DNA of 64,000 nt from Acutalibacteraceae bacterium (GCA_963602035.1 CAVCHC010000001.1:25351-89350), one strand, 5' to 3'; positions 7,929-16,411 are shown, counted from the stretch's first letter. Made by a program: numbers and translations. The notes: generated by a model from the sequence alone, not told the origin.

Positions 7929-8285
7929 ATGAGAATTAAAAGAGGCGTTAATGCTAACAAAAAAAGAAAGAAAGTTTTAAAGGCTGCCAAGGGCTATCGT
8001 GGCAGCAAGTCTACGCTTTACAGAGTAGCGCGCGAAGCGGTTATGAAAAGCGAAAACTATGCTTACGTTGGACGTAAAAACAAGAAAAGAGATTTTAGAA
8101 CTCTTTGGATTGCACGTATCAACGCCGAAGCACGAGTTTATGACCTTAGTTACAGCAAACTTATGCATGGCTTAAAACTTGCTGGGATTGAACTTAACCG
8201 CAAGTCACTTGCTGAAATCGCGGTAAGCGACAAAGAGGCCTTTAAGGCTCTTGCTGAGCAAGCGAAAACTGCTTTAAGCAAATAG
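7929..8285 (+). CDS. rplT: 50S ribosomal protein L20
   Basis: [25 protein letters not shown]... typical L20. Confidence 0.96.
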   Translation: MRIKRGVNANKKRKKVLKAAKGYRGSKSTLYRVAREAVMKSENYAYVGRKNKKRDFRTLWIARINAEARVYDLSYSKLMHGLKLAGIELNRKSLAEIAVSDKEAFKALAEQAKTALSK

Positions 8286-8290
8286 TTAAC

Positions 8291-8317
8291 ACGCGGGGTT
8301 TTTGCCCCGTATTTTTG
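8291..8317 (+). terminator. intrinsic terminator after rplT
   Basis: Hairpin cgggg-ttttt-gccccg followed by atttttg. Confidence 0.7.
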
Positions 8318-8330
8318 TTTGGGGGAAGGT

Positions 8331-9098
8331 ATGGATATAATTTCAAGCGCGGATAATGCAAACATCAAAACGCTTAAAAGTTTAAGCGAAAAAAAATACC
8401 GCAAGTTTTATGGCGAGTATGTTATCGAGGGCATTAAGTCGGTAAAAGAGGCGCTTTACAGCGGCGCGAACGTGACCAAACTTTTTGTTAGCGAAAGCAA
8501 GCAAGACGAGTTTAGCGACATCATCTCGCGGTTTGGGCGCGCGCCAATTGTTGTGACTGACAAACTTTTTAACAAGATAAGTGAAACGGTGACGCCGCAG
8601 GGTATTATGGCGCAGGTAGAGATGAAGCCAAGCCGCGAGTTTAACCCAACCAGCCAGCCGTTTTTGGTGCTTGACAGAATAAGCGACCCCGGGAACCTTG
8701 GCACTATCATCCGCTCGGCCGTTGCAACGGGGTTTAACGACATTGTTTTGATTGACACGGTTGACGTATACAACCCCAAAACGGTAAGAAGCAGCGCAAG
8801 CGGCATCTATTTTGCGCGGTTTTATCCCATAAGCGAAGACGTGTTGATTGAAAAGTGTAACAGCGCGGGCATTGAGATTTTTGTTGCGGATATGGCGGGC
8901 AAAAACATTTTTAATGCGCAGCTGCCGGATGAAAACTATTGCCTTGTTATCGGCAACGAGGCAAACGGGCCAAGCAAAACGCTTAGAGAGGCGGCGGACA
9001 AATTCATATCGCTGCCGATGAAAAGCGAGATGGAAAGCCTTAACGCGGGCGTGTGTGCAAGCATAATGATGTACACGCTTAAAGGTAAAGAACTTTAA
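8331..9098 (+). CDS. TrmH/SpoU-family RNA 2-prime-O-methyltransferase
   Basis: SpoU-type C-terminal knot motifs (LVIGNEANGPS, LNAGVCASIMMY). The ATG at 8331 follows GGGGGAAGG. The ORF-track TTG at 8319 is less likely. Confidence 0.85.
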   Translation: MDIISSADNANIKTLKSLSEKKYRKFYGEYVIEGIKSVKEALYSGANVTKLFVSESKQDEFSDIISRFGRAPIVVTDKLFNKISETVTPQGIMAQVEMKPSREFNPTSQPFLVLDRISDPGNLGTIIRSAVATGFNDIVLIDTVDVYNPKTVRSSASGIYFARFYPISEDVLIEKCNSAGIEIFVADMAGKNIFNAQLPDENYCLVIGNEANGPSKTLREAADKFISLPMKSEMESLNAGVCASIMMYTLKGKEL

Positions 9099-9126
9099 CG
9101 ATATTGGCTTAACGCGTAAAAAGCGC

Positions 9127-9156
9127 TTGCGTAATGGCGGGCGAGTGTGGTAAAAT
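9127..9156 (+). promoter_or_regulatory. sigma-A-type promoter upstream of the yebC-like gene
   Basis: TTGCGT-18-TAAAAT with spacer aatggcgggcgagtgtgg. Confidence 0.55.
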
Positions 9157-9189
9157 ACCAAAGAAAATTATGTTGAAAGGAGAATAACA

Positions 9190-9909
9190 ATGAGTGGACA
9201 CAGCAAGTTCCATAACATAAAAGCAACAAAAGACAAGGCCGATAAGGCGCGTTCAAATATCTTTACAAAAATCGGGCGTGAACTTGCGGTGGCGGTTAAG
9301 GCAGGCGGAGCGGACCCATCAACCAACAGCAAGCTTTATGACGTTATCCAAAAGGCTAAGCAAAACAATATGCCTAACGACACCATTCAGCGCAGTATCA
9401 AAAAGGCCAGCGGGGCAACGGATACTGACAACTTTGAGGCGATAACCTATGAAGGCTATGGGCCTCATGGCGTTGCGTTTATCGTTGAGTGTTTAACGGA
9501 TAACCGTAACCGAACCGCAAGCGACGTTCGCCATCTTTTTGATAAGCACGGCGGGTCACTTGGCACCAGCGGCAGCGTTATGTATATGTTTGACCGCAAG
9601 GGCGTCATTATGCTTGAACCAAAGGCCGGCGCAAGCGAAGACGATGTTATGATGGCGGCCATTGAGGCGGGTGCTGACGACGTTATAACCGAGGAGGACG
9701 GGTTTGTTATCTACACCAGCCCAGAGACCTTTCACGCCGTTTCAAAAGCCTTTGAAGATGCGGGCTTTAATGTTATTTCAAGTGAGATTGAATACATTTC
9801 AAGCAACCTTATACCTCTTGACGAGAGTCAGGCTGAAAGCATTGAAAAACTGAAAGACAAGCTTGAAGAGTTGGATGATGTGCAGGAGGTTTACACCAAC
9901 CTATCGTAA
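9190..9909 (+). CDS. YebC/PmpR-family transcriptional regulator
   Basis: MSGHSKFHNIKATKDKADKAR... canonical YebC N-terminus, 239 aa. Confidence 0.93.
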   Translation: MSGHSKFHNIKATKDKADKARSNIFTKIGRELAVAVKAGGADPSTNSKLYDVIQKAKQNNMPNDTIQRSIKKASGATDTDNFEAITYEGYGPHGVAFIVECLTDNRNRTASDVRHLFDKHGGSLGTSGSVMYMFDRKGVIMLEPKAGASEDDVMMAAIEAGADDVITEEDGFVIYTSPETFHAVSKAFEDAGFNVISSEIEYISSNLIPLDESQAESIEKLKDKLEELDDVQEVYTNLS

Positions 9910-10045
9910 AAACCGCTAAATTGAGCGATTAAGTGCAGAAAATGCGAGGCTTCCAAGAAGTCACGTACGAAAGTACGCTCTATCTTGATAAGCCTCTTTT
10001 TTCTTTCTTACTCATCTCAATTTAGCGGTTTTTACACGTGACTAA
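9908..10045 (+). repeat. long imperfect hairpin element L (copy 1)
   Basis: aaaaccgctaaattgag...ctcaatttagcggttttt followed by acacgtgactaat. It starts inside the TAA stop of the upstream gene. A paralogue lies at 32625-32766. Confidence 0.8.
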
Positions 10046-10099
10046 TGTGGAAAGCGTAGTACTAATTTTGTAGAGAATAATTAAAAAATCTAGAATGCT

Positions 10100-10360
10100 T
10101 ATGTCACAAAGAGTGACGAATTTATATATACTATTCCCAACTCCGCCCCCTGAAGGGGGCGGAGTTGGGGAGTATATATAGAGATGATGTTGCTGTGAGG
10201 GGTGGTTGTATAATCCCCAGCAACTTCTTTTAACTTTTCACTTTTAACTTTTAACTCCCAAGCATCGCGCGGTTTTGGGGATTGTCACGTCGGCGATGAC
10301 TTCTCGCAATGACAATATTAATCTCAGCACTATTTCAACTTTAAACTTTCAACTTTCGCT
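10100..10360. repeat. intergenic mosaic repeat complex 3
   Basis: Conserved flank gacgaatttatatatac, solo palindrome 10136-10169, inverted heptamer array 10224-10256, module A (minus) 10277-10314, inverted AAAGTTK array 10333-10357. Confidence 0.8.
10136..10169. repeat. solo 34-bp perfect palindrome (unoccupied form of the nested-palindrome element)
   Basis: cccaactccgCCCCCtgaaGGGGGcggagttggg. Its flanks are homologous to those of the occupied site at 32857-33581. Confidence 0.85.
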
Positions 10361-10372
10361 AGGAAGTTGGGG

Positions 10373-11194
10373 CTAAATGAGTTCGTGTTGCGACGCCTCG
10401 GCGGGGGCTTGGGAAAGGGTGTGGGTGGCGAAGAAGTCGGCGGGGAGGGCGACGGGGCGCATATCGCGGTAAAGCGTGCCGGACTCGTTGGCGTATTCGG
10501 GGCGGGTTGCAAGGATGGTGATTTGCTCGGCCGTGTACTCAGGTGGCAGGCTAAACATTTTTCGAATTATGCCCATCTTTTGGCGCAGGCCGATTGTGTT
10601 TTTGATATAAAAATCGGTGGTTGAGGGGCGCGGCGACACCATCAAAATGCCATACTTTGTTCCTTTTTTGGCAAGGGAAGTAAGCGCGCGGGCAAGCTCG
10701 GTTTTGCTGAAATAATACGCGCGGGTGAAAGTGTTGATTTTGTTAGGCGTAATCTTGGGTTTAAGCCTGTCAGCCACAACAAAAATGGCGCGTGAATTTG
10801 TGCGCTTTTCAAGTTCGGCGCCAAGGCTGTTAAGCAGTGCAAGAGGTGCTTGCAGGTTGACAATTTTTTGCTCTTCGTTTTCAGCGTGCGGCGTGAAATT
10901 CTTGCCCGAAAAAACGCCCGCACAGTTAATAAACGCGTCAAGCCCTGAATTAAGTTCGCCCAAAAGGTCAAGGGTTTCGCGCGTCGCCTCGGTCACGCTT
11001 GAAAGGTCGATAAAGTCCGCGTGCACCACATAAAGGCGATGGACGCGGATGTTTTTAAGCGCCAAGTCGGCAAGCATCAACTCTTCGTCGACCTTGTTTT
11101 TGACCCACGCAACAACGATGTAATCCCTAAGCAAAAGTTTTTCAACGCACCTAAGGCCAATGCCAGACCCAGCACCCGTTACAACAGCAACCAT
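10373..11194 (-). CDS. short-chain dehydrogenase/reductase family protein
   Basis: TGAGSGIG cofactor motif at the N-terminus and a YYFSK catalytic motif. RBS AAAAGGAGA precedes the ATG at 11194. Confidence 0.75.
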   Translation of the reverse strand: MVAVVTGAGSGIGLRCVEKLLLRDYIVVAWVKNKVDEELMLADLALKNIRVHRLYVVHADFIDLSSVTEATRETLDLLGELNSGLDAFINCAGVFSGKNFTPHAENEEQKIVNLQAPLALLNSLGAELEKRTNSRAIFVVADRLKPKITPNKINTFTRAYYFSKTELARALTSLAKKGTKYGILMVSPRPSTTDFYIKNTIGLRQKMGIIRKMFSLPPEYTAEQITILATRPEYANESGTLYRDMRPVALPADFFATHTLSQAPAEASQHELI

Positions 11195-11304
11195 AGTTTC
11201 TCCTTTTTTGCGCAGCACCAACACGGCCGCGTTTTTTATTACCCCAATTTTGCCCAACGCCGCACAGTTTTATTCAGCCCGCGAAAGGGAAGTTTGAGGT
11301 AAAG

Positions 11305-11402
11305 TGGGTGAGATTGCCACGTCACTTCGTTCCTCGCAATGACAACAGTATTCCCAGCCGCATTTCAACTTTCAACTTTAAACTTTCAACTTTTAACTTT
11401 AA
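11305..11402 (-). repeat. module A plus inverted AAAGTTK heptamer array
   Basis: gagattgccacgtcacttcgttcctcgcaatgaca (11310-11344), then ccgcatttcaactttcaactttaaactttcaacttttaacttt (to 11402). Confidence 0.8.
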
Positions 11403-11439
11403 TCACTGTTATAAAAAATAAAAAAGTGTTGAAAATTAG

Positions 11440-11468
11440 TTGACAATATGAATGGATATTCATATACT
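11440..11468 (+). promoter_or_regulatory. arsR/cadA promoter with an overlapping palindromic operator
   Basis: TTGACA-17-TATACT. The spacer holds the inverted repeat ATATGAATggatATTCATAT (11446-11465), which is typical ArsR/SmtB operator architecture. Confidence 0.65.
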
Positions 11469-11692
11469 GATATTGTAATGAGATTAGTTGTGACCAAAGG
11501 CCGCAACGAGGGCGTATACAAAAATCGCCGTAAAAGGGCGCGATTGGCCGCGGGGGTCACTTGCGATTACAAGCGGCGATAAGGCAACACGGCTGGCCGC
11601 GAGGAAATTAGCGATTACAAGCGGCGAGAAGATGGTGCACAAATAAAAGCGGCGAGAAAAGTGCGTGAAACTAAAAGTAAGGGGGTATTGAC

Positions 11693-12052
11693 GTGGAGAG
11701 CGAAAAGGCGTGCGAGATTGACCACTGCGTTTATCATAGTGGCGAGTTTAGGGCGGTTTTGCTTGACGAGTTTGAGTTGCCCGCGATGGTTGGGGTATTC
11801 AAGGTGCTTGGCGACACGACGCGGCTTAAAATAATGTTTTGCCTGCTTGCTAAGCCGTGCTGTGTGGCGGAACTGTGCCACGATACGGGGCTGAGCCAGT
11901 CGCTTATAAGCCATCAACTAAGCGTTTTGAAAAAGAACGATTTGGTTGAGTTTATGAAAAACAAAAACAAGGTTATCTATACGCTTAAAGATGAGCACGT
12001 GGCCGAACTGATTAAGGTTGCCCGCGAACATATTGACGAAAAACGAATGTAA
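11693..12052 (+). CDS. ArsR/SmtB-family metalloregulator (CadC-like)
   Basis: wHTH segment ELCHDTGLSQSLISHQLSVLK, Cys pairs (CCVAELC), GTG start after AAGGGGG. A P-type ATPase gene follows directly. Confidence 0.85.
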   Translation: MESEKACEIDHCVYHSGEFRAVLLDEFELPAMVGVFKVLGDTTRLKIMFCLLAKPCCVAELCHDTGLSQSLISHQLSVLKKNDLVEFMKNKNKVIYTLKDEHVAELIKVAREHIDEKRM

Positions 12053-12061
12053 ATAGGATAA

Positions 12062-12123
12062 GACCCCCTCTGCTTTACTCCGCTTAACGCTTGTAAAGCA
12101 ATCCTCCCCCAAGGGGGCGGAGG
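12062..12123. repeat. solo right arm of nested-palindrome subfamily 2
   Basis: accccctctg..acgct..atcctcccccaagggggcggag matches the right arm of the element at 45244-45460. It lies between arsR and cadA. Confidence 0.6.
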
Positions 12124-12158
12124 CAAGAGGAGTTAAAAGTAATTTTAAAAGGATAATT

Positions 12159-14252
12159 ATGAAAAAGCAATATAAGTTGTTGAATATGCATTGCGCGGGG
12201 TGTGCGGACGCGCTGGAACAAAAGTTGAAAACGCTTGACGGTGTTAAGGCCGTGCAGGTCAACTTTATCACCAAGATTTTGACGTTTGAACCCGAGCGCG
12301 GCGTGGACGTAAACGAACTTAGCGAGCGCGTTTGCAACGCCGTTGTTAAGTTTGACCGTATGATAAAAATCGAGAACCCCGAAGACGAGGAGACGGTTAA
12401 AGAGAAAAAGGCTAAGCAGGTTAAGATGTGGCTTATTCTTTCAAGCGCCGTGCTGTTTTTGACCGCATTTATTCTTGACAAAACGGGCGTCAACTTTTGG
12501 GTGTCGCTGGGGTTTTATATCGCGGCCTATGCGCTTTCGGGTTTTGAAATTTTGTGGGCGAGCGCGGTAAACATTGCGCACGGTAAAATTTTTGACGAGA
12601 ACTTTTTGATGTCGGTTGCCACCATCGGCGCCTTCGCGATAGGCAAATACGCCGAGGCCGTTATGGTTATGCTGTTGTATCAAATTGGCGAGTGGCTGCA
12701 AGACCGCGCGGTTATGCGCTCTAAAAAGGCGATAACGAACCTGCTTAACATTAAGGCGAAAGTGGCGAACCTTGTTACCGACGACGGCGAGATTCAGGTT
12801 GACCTTGACCGCGTTGCCGTTGGCAGCATTATCCGCATCAAGCCCGGCGAAAACGTGCCTCTTGACGGCATTATCACGTTTGGCACCAGCAATGTGAACA
12901 CCTCTGCGCTGACGGGTGAAAGCGCCGAGATAACCAAAACCATAGGCGACGAAATCCTTTCGGGCACCATCAACGGCGAGGGCGTTTTGCTTGTTAAAGT
13001 GACCAAAAACGAGAAAGACAGCACCGTTTCAAAAATCATCGATATGGTAGAGTCGGCCAGTATGCAAAAGGCCAAAACCGAGAATTTTATCTCTAAATTT
13101 GCTAAGGTTTATACGCCGATAGTGTGCTTGGTGGCCGTGCTTATCGCGATTGTTCCGTGCTTAGTTTTGGGGTTTGGCGTCTTTTCAACGTACCTTTATC
13201 GCGGCCTGATATTCTTGGTTGTAAGTTGCCCGTGTGCGCTTGTTATTTCGGTGCCGCTAAGCTTTTTTGCGGGGCTTGGGGCAGCGGCCAGGAAGGGCGT
13301 TTTGGTTCGTGGCAGCAACTTTTTAGAGGCGCTTAGCCGCGTAGACACCGTTATTTTTGATAAAACGGGCACGCTTACCCAGGGCGAGTTTAAAATAGAC
13401 AAAATCACGGCGTTTGGCGAAAACACCCAAAAAGACGTTTTAGAGTACATCGCCTACGCCGAAAGTTACAGCAATCACCGCATTGCGCGTTCGGTTGTTG
13501 AAAGATATCTTGAAAACAACGAAATCAACAGCGCGTGGATAGAGGACATGACCGAGCACGCAGGGCTTGGGATTGAAGCCAAAATCTTTATGAACCCCGT
13601 TTTGGTTGGGTCGCGCTTGCTGCTTGAACAAAACGGCGTTAAAATCAACGGCGACGCTGACGGTCAAACGGCGATTTATCTTGCGGTGGCGGGCGAGCAC
13701 GCGGGCACGATTACGCTTACTGACACCATCAAGCCTGACGCAAAAACGGCGGTGCGCGACCTTAAAACCCTTGGCGTTAAACAGGTTTTGATGTTTACGG
13801 GCGACAATGAAAAGGTGGCCAGCGCGGTGGCGGGCGAGTTGGGGCTTGATGGGTTCCACGCGAATATGCTTCCGCAAGACAAGGTCAGCCGCCTTGCTGA
13901 ATACGAAAAGGCGTCTAAGGGGCTGGCGTTTGTTGGCGATGGCATTAACGACGCGCCCGTTTTGGCTAGCGTTGACGTTGGCGTTGCGATGGGCGGCGTG
14001 GGCAGCGATGTTGCGGTTGAGGCAAGCGACGTTGTTTTGATGACCGACGAGCCGTCTAAGATGGTTGACGCGATTAAAACCGCGCGAAAAACGCATAAAA
14101 TCGTTACCGAAAACGTGACGTTTGCGCTTGCGATTAAACTGGCCGTTTTGGCGCTTGGCGCGTTTGGCCTTGCGGGGATGTGGCTGGCGATTTTTGCGGA
14201 CGTGGGCGTAAGTTGCCTTGCGGTTTTAAACAGCCTCCGCGCGATGAAATAG
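12159..14252 (+). CDS. cadA: heavy-metal (Cd/Zn/Co-type) translocating P1B-type ATPase
   Basis: N-terminal HMA domain with a CAGC motif, TM CPC motif (VSCPCALV), DKTGTLT, GDGINDAP. Confidence 0.9.
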   Translation: MKKQYKLLNMHCAGCADALEQKLKTLDGVKAVQVNFITKILTFEPERGVDVNELSERVCNAVVKFDRMIKIENPEDEETVKEKKAKQVKMWLILSSAVLFLTAFILDKTGVNFWVSLGFYIAAYALSGFEILWASAVNIAHGKIFDENFLMSVATIGAFAIGKYAEAVMVMLLYQIGEWLQDRAVMRSKKAITNLLNIKAKVANLVTDDGEIQVDLDRVAVGSIIRIKPGENVPLDGIITFGTSNVNTSALTGESAEITKTIGDEILSGTINGEGVLLVKVTKNEKDSTVSKIIDMVESASMQKAKTENFISKFAKVYTPIVCLVAVLIAIVPCLVLGFGVFSTYLYRGLIFLVVSCPCALVISVPLSFFAGLGAAARKGVLVRGSNFLEALSRVDTVIFDKTGTLTQGEFKIDKITAFGENTQKDVLEYIAYAESYSNHRIARSVVERYLENNEINSAWIEDMTEHAGLGIEAKIFMNPVLVGSRLLLEQNGVKINGDADGQTAIYLAVAGEHAGTITLTDTIKPDAKTAVRDLKTLGVKQVLMFTGDNEKVASAVAGELGLDGFHANMLPQDKVSRLAEYEKASKGLAFVGDGINDAPVLASVDVGVAMGGVGSDVAVEASDVVLMTDEPSKMVDAIKTARKTHKIVTENVTFALAIKLAVLALGAFGLAGMWLAIFADVGVSCLAVLNSLRAMK

Positions 14253-14413
14253 GGGGGGGCGACCCCACGGCTTACGAGGGCGTCGGCACGGTTTTTATGG
14301 CTGTACTAGGCCACAATTCGCGTGACGTACTTGGGCGTCAAAAAATTACAAAATTCGACAAAATTTTTAGTATTAATATGGGCGCGTATGCGGGCAAAAA
14401 ATGCGGGCGCGTC

Positions 14414-14442
14414 TTGACAATCTCCTTAATCTGTGGTACAAT
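14414..14442 (+). promoter_or_regulatory. sigma-A-type promoter of LbH gene 1
   Basis: TTGACA-17-TACAAT with an extended -10 TG. Confidence 0.65.
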
Positions 14443-14464
14443 ACCCAGGCTTAGGGAGATTTTT

Positions 14465-15454
14465 ATGTTTTATAGTAATTTTAGTAAAAGTACTGACAAA
14501 TATTATCTTAATCCAAACGATTATATTGACGTGGCTGAGCCGGCTGCGTCGATATTTGAAACGCCCGTTGTGCACAGGCTTTATCGCGTGGTTTATCTTA
14601 AAAGCATTGCGTTTAACGCCGATTGTTACCCAATTTCTCCGGGGACGGAGGGTGGCTATATTGAAAGCGAAAGCAACCTGTCTCAGGCGGGCAACTGCGT
14701 GGTTTTAGACGGCGCAAGGGTGTTTGGCAGCGCTAATGTTTCGGGCGACGCGTGCGTGTGTGACGAGGCAACAATTTATGGCCGTGCGGTGATTAAAAAC
14801 AATGCGCTGGTTTGCGGCGGGGCGTGCGTGTGTGATGACGCGCGGGTTATAATGAATGGTATTGTTGATGGCAACGCGTGCGTGGCGGGCAATGCGGTTG
14901 TTTGTGACTGTGCACACGTTTTTGACGGGGCTACCATTGGCGGCAGTGCGTTTGTAAGCGGCCAAGCGATGGTTTTAGGCAGTGCGGTTATAAAAGACAG
15001 CGCGATTGTTACCGACAATGCGATTGTAAGTGGTCAAGCGACAATTTCAGGCAGCGCGGTTATAAAAGATAGCGCGGGCGTGTTTGACAACGCTAACGTT
15101 TCGGGGTTTGCTAAACTTGAAAAGCGCGCGAGGGCGTATGACGATTGTTGCATTACGGACGCGGCGCGGGTAAGCAACCGTGCGATGATTATCGGCGGGG
15201 CGACCGTTGGCGGCAAGGCGTGCATTTTTGATAACGCGGTTGTTGGCGGCCGTGCAAGCGTTTTGGGTAACTCGTACGTCGGCACGAATGTAGAAGTTAA
15301 AGGCAACGCAAGGCTTGACGATAAGCAGCAAAAATTTTATCAAAACGTAATCATAAACGGCGCCGAAATTGAGTATCAATCAGGCAATGCTGAATACAAT
15401 GCAGAGAATGTTGACGCTAGTCAAGACGACGCAACCAGCCAGCCTAATGCGTAA
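14465..15454 (+). CDS. left-handed beta-helix (hexapeptide-repeat) protein, YdcK-like
   Basis: About 35 consecutive hexapeptide units ([GDN]xAx[VI]x). The N-terminal segment (RLYRVVYL..GTEGGYIESESNLSQAGNCVV) resembles E. coli YdcK as I recall it. RBS AGGGAGA precedes the ATG at 14465. The ORF-track start at 14180 overlaps cadA. Confidence 0.6.
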   Translation: MFYSNFSKSTDKYYLNPNDYIDVAEPAASIFETPVVHRLYRVVYLKSIAFNADCYPISPGTEGGYIESESNLSQAGNCVVLDGARVFGSANVSGDACVCDEATIYGRAVIKNNALVCGGACVCDDARVIMNGIVDGNACVAGNAVVCDCAHVFDGATIGGSAFVSGQAMVLGSAVIKDSAIVTDNAIVSGQATISGSAVIKDSAGVFDNANVSGFAKLEKRARAYDDCCITDAARVSNRAMIIGGATVGGKACIFDNAVVGGRASVLGNSYVGTNVEVKGNARLDDKQQKFYQNVIINGAEIEYQSGNAEYNAENVDASQDDATSQPNA

Positions 15455-15560
15455 TTACACGGGGCGGGCAAAGTTAGTAACGCTTGTGTAATTACACGGG
15501 GCGGGCAAAGTTAGTAACGCTTGCGTAATTAGGTGCGGGCGAACTAAGTTAGCATAAATT
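15449..15560 (+). repeat. 3 x 37-bp tandem repeat that reiterates the gene end and stop codon
   Basis: gcgTAAttacacggggcgggcaaagttagtaacgctt / gtgTAAttacacggggcgggcaaagttagtaacgctt / a degenerate third unit. Confidence 0.85.
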
Positions 15561-15617
15561 ATGTGTAATATTCGCGGGCAGATTGGGTCGGCGGATTTAT
15601 TGAAAAAGGAAGAAAAA

Positions 15618-16373
15618 ATGAGCAAAGTTTCAATAAAAAATCAAAAGTTTAGGCTTGGCTATCCAAGCACGCTTATATTTGACAATATGGGCAAAACGAT
15701 TAATGTTTTCAGGGTTGAGTACCTGCGTGACATTCCGCGTTTTAACATCAAAAAAGGTGACAAGGGCGGGTTTGTTGAGTATGCGGGCAACCTTAGTCAA
15801 GACGACGACGCGGTTATTGTTGGCAACGCGGTTGTAACGGGCAGCGCGTGGGTTTTTGGCGACGCTTGTGTTTGTGGCAACGCGCGAGTGTCTGGCGAGG
15901 CGTGGGTCGGCGAAAAGGCAATTATTTCGGGCGACGGCAGGGTGTTTGACCACGCGGTTGTTGGCGGCCGTGCGCAGGTTTGTATGGGCGCACAGGTGTT
16001 TGAAAATGCACGTGTTGGCGAAGACGCGGTGATAACGGGCAATGCGCGTGCGTGTGGTAATGCGCTTGTTACGGGGTCGGCGAAGGTGTCGGGCTCGGCT
16101 GAGGTTAGCGGCGACGTAAAAATTGGCGACAAGGCGATTGTGACCGACGGGGCAAAGGTTTGTCAGGCGGCGCAAATTAATGGCAATGCGCTTGTTTGTA
16201 AGCGCGCGAAAATCGGCGGCCACGCGAAGATAACTGACAACGCGGTGGTTGGCGGCTATTGCGTTATCGGCGGAAAAACGCAGGTTGTTGGCTCGGCCGA
16301 ACTATCAGGGCACGTTAAAAACTTAGCGGGCGACATCATTGACGCTGACATTCACGTTGAGAAAACGAAATAG
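15618..16373 (+). CDS. left-handed beta-helix (hexapeptide-repeat) protein, YdcK-like paralogue
   Basis: Same architecture as the previous gene (VFRVEYL..KGGFVEYAGNLSQ followed by hexapeptide repeats). RBS AAAGGAAG precedes the ATG at 15618. Confidence 0.6.
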   Translation: MSKVSIKNQKFRLGYPSTLIFDNMGKTINVFRVEYLRDIPRFNIKKGDKGGFVEYAGNLSQDDDAVIVGNAVVTGSAWVFGDACVCGNARVSGEAWVGEKAIISGDGRVFDHAVVGGRAQVCMGAQVFENARVGEDAVITGNARACGNALVTGSAKVSGSAEVSGDVKIGDKAIVTDGAKVCQAAQINGNALVCKRAKIGGHAKITDNAVVGGYCVIGGKTQVVGSAELSGHVKNLAGDIIDADIHVEKTK

Positions 16374-16378
16374 CTTAG

Positions 16379-16397
16379 TTAAAGTTTAAAGTTTAAA
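16379..16397 (+). repeat. short AAAGTTK heptamer array after the stop codon
   Basis: ttaaagtttaaagtttaaat, beginning 5 nt after the TAG stop. Confidence 0.7.
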
Positions 16398-16411
16398 TAT
16401 TGATGGGATTA

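Noticed and set aside
10330-10624. Pro-rich ORF 10330-10512 (-) and ORF 10367-10624 (+) at the 3-prime end of the SDR gene.
   Set aside because: They overlap the well-supported SDR CDS and the heptamer array. They are low-complexity and have no start signals.
14180-14464. N-terminal extension of LbH gene 1 in the ORF track, overlapping the end of cadA.
   Set aside because: The extension spans the cadA stop, the intergenic region and the TTGACA-17-TACAAT promoter. The ATG at 14465 has a proper RBS.
15449-15560. Whether the tandem repeats (37-45 bp) or the heptamer arrays could be CRISPR arrays.
   Set aside because: The units are contiguous with no unique spacers. Heptamer units are far too short. 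There are no cas genes or leader. The repeats differ from locus to locus.
14705-16223. Antisense and alternate-frame ORFs within the two beta-helix genes (14705-14965, 14776-15018, 15034-15379, 15630-16223, 15797-16132).
   Set aside because: They are a by-product of the 18-nt codon periodicity of hexapeptide repeats, which keeps several frames open. The sense frame has the promoter, the RBS and the coherent repeat pattern.
14465-16373. Calling the repeat proteins bactofilins or polymer-forming cytoskeletal proteins.
   Set aside because: The repeat is the 6-residue LbH type ([GDN]xAx[VI]x), not the bactofilin DUF583 pattern. The N-terminal module resembles YdcK instead.
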